From contig OZ024740.1 of NCBI GenBank assembly GCA_964016885.1, forward strand, positions 287,308,001-287,372,000: a DNA stretch of 64,000 nt, given 5' to 3'. Under the pieces are notes generated by a model. The model made no database searches, was not told where the DNA came from, and saw only the letters and a list, made by a program, of their open reading frames with translations. Positions 42,143-54,721 of this stretch are shown here, piece by piece. How positions within the stretch are numbered: the first letter of the stretch is position 1; each line of letters starts with the position of its first letter. Origin of the DNA: Eledone cirrhosa (taxonomy: Eukaryota). The position numbers and the translations under genes were made by a program.

Positions 42143-45130
42143 TTACTTGATCACCTATAGATCAGGGGTACACACCAGTCAGATAGATTATATCCTTACC
42201 AGAAGACGTGATAGAGTGTCTGTTGTAAACACTAAATCCCTCCCCCATGAAGAATGCACCTCCCAACATAGACTCATAGTTAGCGACCTCATAGTCAGGA
42301 CAAGATGTACTCGACAACAGAGAAGGACTATCCTCAGGAGAAAAATATGGAAGCTAAAGGACCCCACAGCCAGTAATAAATTTAAAAGCATATGAAAGGT
42401 CGCTCAAATGAGGTTGTAGAGATGCTTGAACGTAAAGAAGTTGATGTTTGTTGTATTCAAGAGACTAGGTGGAGAGGGGGGTCTGCCAGATTCATCGTGG
42501 GTAAAAAACGATGATATAAACTTTTCTGGGTGGGAAATGCCAACGGACAGGGTGGTGTAGGAATTATGTTAGCTGAAAAATGGGTAGATAAGGTAATTGA
42601 CGTACATAGAGTGAATGACAGAATAATTGAATTAAGACTAGTTCTAAATAGAATTACTGTGACAATAATATCTACTTATGCACCCCAATCTAGTCTACCT
42701 GACGTTATAAAGGACAGGTTCTATGAGACGCTAATGCACACTACCTCCCAAATAACCGACAGTGACTACTTAATTATTGCTGGCGATCTAAACAGTCACA
42801 TTGGACAACATAGTGATGGCTATGATGGAATCCATGAGGCTATGGGGTTGGAAATAGAAATGAGGAGGGCTTCAGAATCCTGGAATTCTGTGAAGCAAAT
42901 AGCCTAACTATCTGTAACACAAACTTCAAAAAACGTGAAAACCACTTGATCACCTATAGATCAGGGGAACACGCCAGCCAGATAGATTATATCCTTACTA
43001 GAAGACGGGACAAAATGTCTGTTGTAAACACTAAATCCCTCCCCCGTGAAGAATGCACCTCCCAACATAGCCTAGTAGTTAATGACCTCACAGTCAGGAA
43101 TAGACATACTCGACGACAGAGGAGGCCTACCTTGAGGAGAAGAATATGGAAGTTGAAGGACCCCATAGCCAGTGACAAATTTAAAAGCTTATTACTTGAT
43201 GCCTTTGACAATAAGGAAGAGCAATTAGAGTCGTACAATATAGAGGAACAGTGGCAATTCCTGAAAGCTAACCTGCTGAAGGAGACAGATGAAATCTGTG
43301 GCTGGAGCAGACCTATTGGCAGGAGGAGAGTAACTTGGTGGTGGAACAGTAAGGTGGAAGAGACAATAAAGGCCAAAAAGCAGGCTTGGAAAGTATGGCA
43401 GGATGGGGGAAGTAGAGAGCACTATCAAGTGGCCAGGAGAGAAGCTAGGAGACAAGTGTACCTTGCAAAAAGAGAAGCAGAGGATAGAAAGTTCAAGCAT
43501 GTCCTACGTGAGGATCAAAAACGTGAGGCGTTCAGGATTGCTAGACAATGTGTCAAGAAAAACTGTGATATTGTCGGGGAGAAGTGTGTCTGTAATGATA
43601 ATGGTTTACTTGCGCTCACTGATACTGATAAGAAGATAGCCTGGAAGTGTCACTACGAGAGACTATTAAATGAAGAGAATAAATGGTAAAAGGATAGTCT
43701 GCCCCAAATCGTTCATCAAGGGTCTGTCCTTAGCCCCCTCTTATTTATTATTGCCCTTCAGGCTATAACAGAGGACTTCAAGACCGGCTGCCCATGGGAA
43801 CTCCTATACGCAGATGATCTAACGCTCATAGCTGAATCAATGGCTGAACTAGAGAAGAAATTCGAAACATGGAAGCATGGTCTAGAATCAAAAGGCCTTA
43901 AAGTTAAATTGTCTAAGACTAACGTTCTAGTTTGTAGGAAGGAAAATAGGGCACAGGTGCCCTCAGGGAAATGGCCATGCTCAGTGTGTAGGAAAGGAGT
44001 AGGCAGAAATTCCACTTATGTCCTAAATGCAAAGTATGGGTACATAAAAGATGTTGTGGGATCACAGGTAAACTATCTAAGAACGTAGATTTTATATGTG
44101 GCCAATGCTCAGGTGCAATAAGTAGCAAGTGTTCAAAGGATACTAGCTCCTTCTATTGCCCAGATGGTTCTATAGAAATAGTGGACACCTTCCGTTACCT
44201 GGGTGACAAAATCAGCAGTGGTGGAGGGTGTTCTGAAAGTACAGTAACCAGAGTCAGAACGGGATGGAAAAAGTTCTGAGAGCTTATACCACTGTTAGCC
44301 ACAAAAGGTTTCTCTCTAAAAATGAAAGGCAGATTGTATGATGCCTGTATACAAACAGCAATGCTACATGGCAGTGAGACATGGGCATTATGTGCAGAGG
44401 ACCTGCGCAGACTGGAAAGGAACAAAGCATGCATGCTCCGTTGGATGTGTAATAGTAATATACGCGAACGGCAAAGCATAACTGAACTAAGTGAGAAATT
44501 AGGAATAAGAGGGATCAGATGCTGTTTACTTGAAAGAAGACTATGTTGGTATGGTTACGTGATGCGCATGAAAGACGACAGCTGCATAAAAAAGTGCAGG
44601 GCGATCAAAATTGATGGTAGTTACGGAGTAAGTAGACCCAGAAAAACCTGGGATGATCTGATAAATTCCGACTTCACACACTTACATCTCTCTAAGACAA
44701 TGTCTCTGGACTGAGATCTTTGGCGCTACGCAGTAATACAGAAGACCCACCTTGCCTATGTACAAAGTGAAACCTACAGTTAGTAGGCACCTCTTAACCA
44801 AATATACACCCCAATCCACTACCCCTACCCTATCCCCCCACTCCCACCAACAGCACGAGAAATTGAGATCGTGTAGGTGTCACAACAAAAAAACACACAC
44901 TCCACGCTGTAATGTGGTCGTGTAGGTAACATGGTAAAAAGTTCCCAGTTCCACACTATAAATGTGGTTGGTGTTAGGAAGGGCATCCAGCTGTAGAAAA
45001 CCTGCCAGATAGTCCTATATGAGCGAGACACGGTCACCCGACCAGCCTTGCCTCAAGTAGGACAACTCCCATCTAACCCATGCTAGCATGAAAAATGGGC
45101 GTTAAACGAAGGTGATGATGATGATGATGA
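42143..45130 (+). mobile_element. RTE LINE, rearranged copy (extra 250-bp fragment in front; internal deletion near 43710)
   Basis: APE ORFs 42530-43689, YADD region, RT C-terminus 44322-44714, 3'UTR and (GAT)n tail. Confidence 0.93.
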
Positions 45131-47770
45131 TTACTCGATGCTTTTGACAGTAAGGAAGAGCAATTAGAGTCGTACAATATAGAGGTACAGTGGAAATTCC
45201 TGCAAGCTAACCTGCTGAAGGCGACAGATGAAATCTGTGGCTGGAGCAGACATATAGGCAGGAGGAGAGTAACTTGGTGGTGGAACAGTAAGGTGGAGGA
45301 GTCAATCAAGGCCAAAAAGCAGGCTTGGAAAGTATGGCGGGATGGGGGAAGTAGAGAAGACTATCAAGTGGCCTGGAGGGAAGCTAGGAGATAAGTGTAC
45401 TTCGCAAGAAGGGAAGCAGAGGAAAGAAAGTTCAAGCATGTTCTACAACGCGAGGACCAAAAACGTGAGGTGTTCAGGATTGCTAGACAATGTGTCAAGG
45501 AAAACCGTGATATTGTCGGGGAGAAGTGTGTTCGTAAAGATGATGGTGTACTGGCCATCACTGACGCTGATAAGAAGGTAGCTTGGAAGTGTCACTACGA
45601 AAGGCTACTAAATGAGGAGAATAAATGGGAGAAAGACAGCCTCCCCCACATCGATCCAATAGAGGGACCAGCAGTGCAAGTTGAAGGTAGTATAATAAGT
45701 AAGGCAATCAAAGATATGAAGATGGGCAAGGCGGCTGGACCTTCGGAAATAGTTGCTGAAATGCTGAAAGCATCTGGAACGGTGGGACACACTATGGTCA
45801 CCCGGATAGTAAACCAAGTCATACAGAATGGGGTCATACTGAAGGACTGGCGTAGCAGCATCATCATTAACTGCTACAAGGGTAAAGGAGATGCCCTAGA
45901 TAGGGGAAACTATAGAGGCATTAAATTAATTGACCAAGTCATGAAGGTCACAGAAAAAGTAATAGCGCAACTAATCAGAGAGCGAATTGATCTGGATGAA
46001 ATGCAGTTCGGGTTTGTGTCAGGTAAAAGTACCACAGACACACTTTTTATTGTACGACAATTACAGGAGAAGTACCTAGCTAAAAGTAAACCCCTATACT
46101 TAGCTTTTGTTGACTTGGAGAAAGCCTTTGACAGAGTCCCACGCCCCATTATCTATGGGCTCTCAGAAAACTAGGTGTTGATGAATGGCTTGTGAGAGCT
46201 ATACAAGACATGTATAAAGAAACAGTCAGCAAGGTTAGAATTAACAACGAATATAGTGAAGAGTTTAGCGTAAAAGTTGGTGTTCATCAGGGCTCCGTCC
46301 TTAGCCCCCTCCTATTTATTATTGCCCTTCAGGCTATAACAGAGGAGTTCAAGACCGGCTGCCCATGGGAACTCCTATACGCTGATGATCTAACGCTCAT
46401 AGCTGAATCAATGGCTGAACTAGAGAAGAAATTCCAAACATGGAAGCATGGCCTAGAATCAAAAGACCTTAAAATAAACCTGTCTAAGACTAACGTTCTA
46501 GTATGTAGGAAGGAAAATAGGGCTCTGGTCCCATCTGGGAAATGGCCATGCTCAGTGTGTAGGAAAGGAGTAGGCAGAAACTCCATTTTATGTCCAAAAT
46601 GCAAAGTATGGGTGCATAAAAGATGTAGTGGGGTCACAGGTAAGCTAACTAAGAATATAGATTTTATATGTGGCCAGTGCTCAGGTGCAATAAGTAGCAG
46701 CAAGTGCCCACAGAATACTAGCCCATTCCATTGCACAGATGCTTCTATAAAAATAGTGGACACCTTCCGTTACCTGGGTGACAAAATCAGCAGTGGTGGA
46801 GGGTGCTCTGAAAGTACAGTAGCTAGAGTCAGAACGGGATGGAAAAAGTTCAGAGAGCTTATACCACTATTGGCCGCTAAAGGTTTCTCTCTAAAAATGA
46901 AAGGCAGGCTGTATGATACCTGCATACGAACAGCAATGTTACATGGCAGTGAGACTTGGGCATTGTGTGTAGAGGATCTACGCAGACTGGAGAGGAACGA
47001 AGCTTGCATGCTCCGTTGGATGTGTAATAGTAATATACGTGAACGGCAAAGCATAAATGAACTAAGTGAGAAATTAGGAATAAGGGGGATCAGATGCTGT
47101 TTACTCGAGAGAAGACTACGTTGGTATGGTCACGTGATGCGCATGAAAGACGACAGCTGTATAAAAAAGTGCAGGGCGATCAAAATAGACGGTAGCCACG
47201 GAGTAGGCAGACCCAGAAAAACCTGGGACGACTTGATAAAATTCGACCTCACACACTTACACCTCTCCAAGACAATCTCACTGGACCAAGATCTTTGGCG
47301 CTACACAGTAATACAGAAGACCCGCCTTGCCTAAGTGCAAAGCGAAACCTACAGTCAGTAGGCACCTCTTACCAAAATACACCCCCATCCCACTACTCCC
47401 ACCCCATCCACACCACCCCCTTTTGATGTAAAGTTATGTTGGTACCACAGCATCCAGTCCTAAATAAATGAGGTCGTGTAGGTGTCATGACAAAAAAACA
47501 CACAGTCCACGCTGTAATGTGGCCGTGTAGGTAACACGGTAAAAACCTCCCAGTCCACGCTGTAATGTGGCCGTGTAGGTAACACGGTAAAAACCTCCCA
47601 GTCCACACTGTAAACGTGGTTGGTGTTAGGAAGGGCACCCAGCTGTAGAAAACCCGCCAGATAGTCCTATACGAGCAAGACAACCAATCTTGCCTCAAGT
47701 GGGAAAATTCCCATCCAAACCCATGCTAGCGTGGAAGATGGACGTTAAACGATGATGATGATGATGATGA
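45131..47770 (+). mobile_element. RTE LINE, 5'-truncated, best-preserved RT
   Basis: ORFs 45395-46174 and 46192-47334 (FVDLEKAFD, QGSVLSPLLF, YADD, FRYLG, RLRWYGH), 3'UTR with 48-bp repeats, (GAT)n tail. Confidence 0.96.
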
Positions 47771-48239
47771 CGAAACATGTAAATATGTATTTGCCAGTAA
47801 ATTGAAAAAATGATAGAGTCTAGAAATAGGCTTAGTGTTTCTGAAGAAGATGGTCAATCGAACAGGAATTTTGAGACTAGAAATAGGTCAAAGTTTAACC
47901 ACTACCATGCTAGTCAATAGATCGATCTTCCATGATCAATCAGCCCTCTACAACGATCATAAAACAATGAACTAATTAACTACCTACCTCTGACTTCTGT
48001 TTTTCATTTATTGTTCTATACACAAACACACATATATATAAATGAGTCTGTAACCTGGGCGAATCTTCTTCAAGAAACCAGTCAAGTCAAATGAGCGACA
48101 ACTTCTTTCATACTCATGTCATGATAAAATGCATACAGTTCACTCTGTAGAGTAGATGGTGTTAGGAAGAGCATCCAGCCGTAGAAACCATGTCAATGAA
48201 ATGACCCTCCAGTCATGAAATGACAACCTCTCTAGTACT

Positions 48240-49700
48240 GGCATGAGTTGGATGGATTGATACAAAACAAGTCAGTATTTAATTGGGATTACTGTCCTCT
48301 AAGATTGGCAAGGGCTACATCTTGCTTAAAATGTTCCATTTGGGGCAGAGTTTCTACAGTTGGCTGTCCTTCCTAATGCCAACCACTTTACAAAGTGCAC
48401 TGGTTGTATTTTATTATGGCATCAACACTAGTTGGTTTGCCTTAGATATTGCAAGGATACAGGGGCTCTCACTAGTCTATGTTTATTTAAGGCAATGTGT
48501 TCAAGTGCATTGACAGAAGGGAGAGTAATGACAGGAGGACCAGGATAAGTAGCCAGGTGAGAGAATATGATGGGAGAGAGAAAATAAATTGGAGTGAAGG
48601 CAGAAGGAGAAAGAACAAGAGAGAGAGCAAGTGATGAGTGGTAAAAGAGAGTGATGGTGTCAATGAGAAGTGGTCTTCTCCAATCATCACAGTCTTTTAC
48701 CATCTCTATTTTCAGGTTTAACTTCATGAAGCCAGCCTTCAAAACTTCCTCCCATGTTTTCCTAGATCTTCCTCTTCCACAAGTTCCATCCACTTTGATT
48801 GCTATGTACTTCTTTATACAGCTGTCATCCTGCATTTGCACCACTTATCTATATCAGTTGAACCATCTCTCTGGCTTACTACATGATTCCTTATGCTGTT
48901 TTGCTCCCAGAGCATGCTTCATTTTTTCAACTTTGCAAATCCTCTGCATTCAAGGCTTGTGTCTCACTTCACTTATTACACGAACACCATATAAACTGCA
49001 CAATCCATTATTTCCAGCTGAGGTCATAGCTCCCTGAACCTTTTCTAACAAGTTCTTACTCTAGCTTTCTCTATTTATTCTTTCAGTAATCCCCATTTAC
49101 TGATAATTAGGCCACATATGGAACATAAGCTGTCAACTACTGTTAGGGATCCACCTGTGTATTTGAGAGAATCTGTTTCTTGTGTGCTCTTAATGCTTAC
49201 TGCTCCAGTGCATCTGCTGCATACAAAGTTTACATTCTTTGTTAGCCTGCCTGTGTGCTACTATATCTCATGCATCCATACTTTACACTGAAAACACATT
49301 TCTGCACATTTCCCTGATGATATCAGGGTCTTCTTTTTTTTACTATTAACTAGATATGTAGCCCTTGCTAAGTTATTTGGAGGCATTTTAATTCCAGGTT
49401 TTGTAATTATGTCTAGAATTTCTTTTTTAACTCTACTAGATTCAGCAATAAGCATATCAGAGTTCCCACAGACAACCAGTCTTAAATGCTTCTGTAATGA
49501 TAAACAGAAGTGGGCTGAGAACTGAGCCCTTGTAGATATCTACCTGCATTCTAAATTCATCACTGTTAACCCTTATTTTATTGACTGCAGCCATGTATAG
49601 ACTTAGTCTTCTCAATCTATTCATCTAACCCTAGTTTCCTTTGTGTCTACTAAATTATAAATCATGGTACTTTGTCAAAGACTTTTTGCAGGTCAATGAA
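48240..49700 (-). mobile_element. Old degenerate RTE LINE 3' portion
   Basis: Remnants DDSCIKK...GRGRSRKTW (ORF 48428-48844) and CFQCKVWMH (49261-49455); tail-like motifs. Confidence 0.75.
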
Positions 49701-49706
49701 TGGCAC

Positions 49707-49772
<66 letters not shown>

Positions 49773-49948
49773 CCACCTCCCAGACCCAATGCTTCCTCTC
49801 CCAAGGTGGAATGACTTCCTCTGTCAGCAAACAGCATGTAACTTGCTCCCCCCTTTCATTATATATATTGCTACTCCTATCACTGCCTCTACAGTCTAGT
49901 CAAGGACATAACACGTTATGTGTTCTAGATATACTATATTTGAATTAA

Positions 49949-50135
49949 CCCTTTAGCATTTAAACTGGCCATATCCAGCCATAATTCTCTCACCGCTTTC
50001 TCTTCAAACTGGATGTAACTAGTATTGTTCTCAAAATAAATAATATCAAAATCTCGTAGATTCGATATTATGTGAAATAAAGTGTTTACTGTAAAAATAT
50101 AATAGTAAATATAGAGTAATGTAAATGCTAAGGGG
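49949..50135. mobile_element. piggyBac-like MITE, family A (reverse orientation)
   Basis: TTAA-ccctttagcattta...taaatgctaagggg-TTAA. Confidence 0.8.
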
Positions 50136-51145
50136 TTAAAACACATGGAGATGGGCATGGCTGAAATACCTTTGATTATAATTCTGCTGAATTATATTGA
50201 GCGGGTGCTAAACAACAACCCAGACACTTTGTACCACCACCACCATCATCATTTTAAAGTTAATTTTCCCATGGTAAGATGGGTTTGACAGGTCAGCAAT
50301 ACATCATCACTACATATGTCAGTAGCTTGTGCTGTACTACATTACAATGAACACCACCACCAACGGAGTCTTCATATAATCACTCAAACTGCTAGAAACA
50401 GCAGTCAAATCTCCCTAAAATCATAGTCTACTGTTTTTAGCAAAGATAGAATAAATGCAGGTAGGATGATCACAGTTCTTTTGGCTGTGATTTGAGGGAG
50501 ACTTGGTTGATATTTCTAGCAAGCTGAATTACTACATACACTACTACAACTACAACAATGATAACATCATCACCACCACCCTGCTATTCCCTCCACCACT
50601 ATTCCTATCAACACAGCCACTAACATCACTACCATCGAAACCAATACTACCGTAATTACCATAGTAATCATCATCATCATCATCATCATCAACAGTACTA
50701 CTATAGCCAGCAGATCACAGTAACCTACCCAAATACCACCACTGAAACACACCTATACACACATATAGATGCATACAAACAAGTATGCACCCACACACAC
50801 ACACATATGCACACATGCAGTATGACGATGAGTCAGAGTCATTCAGAGGTGCCTGGCAGGTCAGGTCAGGTGTGTGTGTGTTTGTGTGCAGCACTAACAG
50901 CTGTGCCTGTAGTCTCTGCACATCTATGCTGCACAAACCCTGTCACATCTACTTGTACAATGCAGCAATCACTGCAATGAAGTGACTGATTGCTCTCACA
51001 AATACTGTGTATGTGTGTCTACGTGTGAGTACTTATATGTATACATACCTGTATATGTTTGTGAAGTATTTGTATGTATATTTTTGTATGTTGCAATGTG
51101 TATGATAGCTTGAGAGTAAGTGTTTGTGAGTGTGTATTTGTGTAA

Positions 51146-51238
<93 letters not shown>

Positions 51239-51251
51239 TATATACATACAT

Positions 51252-51282
<31 letters not shown>

Positions 51283-51339
51283 AATATATACACACACATA
51301 TATATATACATACACACACACATATATATATAAATATAT

Positions 51340-52258
51340 ACAATCCCAGTGGATGGAAGCTGAGGAAAAGGCAGACTCAGGAAGACATGGGATGAGGTAG
51401 TGGAGAGCAACCTTGAGAAATTAAGCCTCACAACTGACCCGACAAAGGATTGAGAGGGCTGGCACTATGTTGTGTTGATGAAGACCTGGCCAGAAGCATA
51501 CAATATGACCTGACCCATCCACGAGTCCCTCCCCATCCCTCACACTACCATTCCCCACCATCTATCCTTACCACTACAGCACACACCACCCATGCCCCAT
51601 TCAGAAGCACTCCTTAACTACTACCCACCTCTAAAGACCTTAGATATCTTCACCATTTCACCCTAGTAGCTACTCTCTCTACCGCTTGTTCACCCCCCAC
51701 TTCCCCATACCCACATCTCCACTCCCCTCTCTATCGACCATATCCCCCACACCACTAATCAGCTACCCCCACCTCTTACTCATCCCTTATCTCCTACCTA
51801 TCTCTCTATTACGCTCTCCACCCTATTGACCACATCCCACACGCTGCTACATACCCCCCTTCTCTCCATAAACTAATCAGCTACCCCTAGCCTTTACTCA
51901 TTGCCCTACCAAATCCCCACATACATATATAACCATACCCATCTCCCTCCCTGACTACCTCCATTCCCAAGAGGGCTCAACTGTTGGGTCTATGACCAAC
52001 AACCTCTTTAATGATGGTGCCATGAAAATACACCTGGTACAATCTGTAAGGGTGGTTGGGGACATGAAGGGCATCTCACTGTAGAAACCACGACTAAAGG
52101 GGTTGAGAGAACCCTTTAATCATGTCAAAGACACAACAACTTCTCCTCTGCACTCAATATGATCATACATAAGTAAGATATCTGGTAGTTCAGTAGACCC
52201 GTTCAACCCTTGCTGGCAGGGAAAGTGGACGTTAAATGTTGATGTTGATGATGATGCT
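51340..52258 (+). mobile_element. RTE 3' end with C-rich 3'UTR
   Basis: Decayed RGR.RKTW coding end, pyrimidine-rich UTR, terminal ggaaagtggacgttaaat(gat)n; similar unit at 26750-27635. Confidence 0.6.
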
Positions 52259-52488
52259 ATATATATACACAAAATCATCATTTAATGTGAGCATGTGTCC
52301 TCATACCTGTGTTTATGTCTGTTTCTGCATTTATATATTCTAACTTAGTCATTCGACACAAGGTGATCAATAAAATAAGTATCAAACTTAAAAATATAAG
52401 TACTGGGGTCCATATGATCAACTAAATCAAGGAAATATCCCAGGACTAAAATGAGCCCCCCTCCCCCCCAATATATAATATATACTGT

Positions 52489-52782
52489 ATCATCATCATC
52501 ATCATCATCATCATTTTACGTCCGCTCTTCCCTGCTTGCAAGGGTGGGACGGGTCTTATTCAGCACAGCATCTCTCCACTTGTCACAGTCCTTCGTCATC
52601 TCCACCGTGAGCTTCAGCGATCTGAGGTCTGTTCTCACCACCTCCGCCCATGTTTTTCGTGGTCTACCTCTACCACGTCTTCCTTCAACTGGCATTTCCT
52701 GGCACTTCTTTACCCATCGGTCATCCTCCATGCGCATCACATGTCCATACCACCGCAGTCTCCTCTTTCGCACACTACATTG
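52489..52782 (-). mobile_element. Second RTE family, 3' end
   Basis: RRLRWYGHVMRMEDDRWVKKCQEMPVEGRRGRGRPRKTW running almost into the (GAT)n tail. Confidence 0.85.
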
Positions 52783-52805
52783 TATATATATACATATACA
52801 CATGT

Positions 52806-53151
52806 GGAGGCACATGGCTTAATGGTTAGAGTATTGGGCTTGCAATCGAAAGGTTGTGAGTTCAATTCTCAGACTGGGTGATGTGTTGTTTCCTTGAGCA
52901 AGACACTTTATTTCACATTGCTCCAGTTTACTCAGCTGTAGAAATGAGATGATAGGGACTGGGGTCCCTATCATTCCACTGCAAAGTGGTCGTGTAGGTG
53001 CCACGGCAAAAAAGCACCCAGCACTCACTGTAAATGAGGTTGGTGTTAGGAAGGGCATCCAGCTGTAGAAATCAAGCCAGAATCAGTTCCCATCCCACCC
53101 TTGCAAGCAGGGAAACGCGGACGTAAAATGATGATGATGATGATGATGATG
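52806..53151 (+). mobile_element. SINE family 2b
   Basis: Near-identical to the 40397 copy, with (GAT)n tail. Confidence 0.88.
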
Positions 53152-53474
53152 ACACACTAAAATGGTACCTATCAAAAATGACTGTGTTTATAGTAAAAGA
53201 ATTTTATTTAATAGTTCTTTGATTTCAAGATTCTATATAAAATGCTTGAATCCTTGAGTTTCCTCTCGTCACTCCGACTATTGCCATATTTCATTTTAAC
53301 AATCCAATAATTTTCTTCCATATTTAACTGTAATCATTATCCTATATTCATTAAAATACAATTACTTTGTTCTACTGATGTATCTGTCTATTTTTAGACT
53401 GTTATTGGGGTTTGTCAATTTTTGTTGCTATTGTTGTACATGTTCAAAGATAGATATGTTCGTAAATATACATA

Positions 53475-54721
53475 CCATATATACTCAAATATAAGCTGCA
53501 GATGGTAAAATGGGAAGTCGGCTCATATTCGGAGTCAATATTTTGACGATTTTCACCAACTTCAAATTTTATGTAAACAAGATCTGGAGTGATTATTTTA
53601 CAATGAAACACTGTTTTTCTACATTTTTGTTGGTGTTATTGAAAATATTTCCGACAAAGTTTTATAATTTGAACTGTTTAAATATATAAATATCCCTTAA
53701 ATATATGTACACACATGTTTTCCTCTGACAATATTTTTTCTTTCAATCTTACTTCTGATTTTATCTTATTGTTTTCACTCTCACTCTCTCTTTTTCTCAC
53801 TCTGCCTCCTCTCACTCTCATTTGTTGTGTTTCCCTTCCTATGAATTCCTAAACAAAGTTCTCTTATTTAATCTTTTGCTTTTAAAGTACTCCTACCATG
53901 TGAGTGGTAAACAAACATTTTGAGAAACTTGTTGAAACTTAACAAAATGAAAACTCATTATGTAATGGAGTTGTGAAACAAAAACTATATTCTGAATGAC
54001 ACTTAAAACTTTTGAAAAATCAAAATATTAAAATTTCATAACTTGTCCCGTCAACAATGTAGAAATGTGCATGATAGCATATGTGGTCTATAAGATCACA
54101 TGCAAAAAATGTAGTTCCTTGTACATTGGAAGTTCCACAAGGAGGCTACATATATGGATCAAAGTGCACATGACAACGAGAGGTTCTTCCATTAAAAAAA
54201 ACATCTTGATATCTGCCACAGCCAAAACACTGAGGTCACCTTAAAGGCGACTGAAAAGAATATAGGCTATTTAAGGATTAAAGAGGCCATTTTCATCAGC
54301 TGAATAAAACCAGGGATAAATAATAAATCAGAAATGCACAAGGCAGAATGGTTACTGTAGCGACCATGCATATGTATTTTACAAACACATAGACCAGATA
54401 TGGAAGCATACTTCAATCACTCATTTTGTTTTGTTTTGGACTGTCTTAGCGTCACATCTGAAAAGAGGGTAACAGTCCTGAAATATCATGCTAAAATACA
54501 CTGGGTAAAACATTACTTTGTTTTGTTATATTTGTCATCATTTGTCCTTCTTAATGTTCTACCACATTATACCAGCATTCTAAAAATTATTGTTTTACTT
54601 CATAAATATATTTTATCTAAACAATATGTTGACTAGTTGCCTTGGCTTATAAACAGGGTTTGGATTTTTGCCCATTTCTCAGACATAAAATAGGGGTCAG
54701 CTTATATTTGAGTATATATGG
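53475..54721. mobile_element. Same TA-target MITE family, long form, with nested Penelope fragment
   Basis: TA-ccatatatactcaaatataagc...gcttatatttgagtatatatgg-TA. Confidence 0.85.
54042..54598 (+). mobile_element. Penelope-like element 3' remnant with GIY-YIG endonuclease pseudo-ORF
   Basis: Manual translation 54044-54360: CPVNNVEMCMIAYVVYKITCKKCSSLYIGSSTRRLHIWIKVH...(frameshift)HLDICH...LRIKEAIFIS*IKPGINNKSE; flanked by a TTCATAA duplication (54035-54041, 54599-54605). Confidence 0.85.

Noticed and set aside
45131-47770. Intact autonomous LINE
   Set aside because: 5'-truncated (no endonuclease), with an internal stop and a frameshift near 46170; no copy in the window is intact
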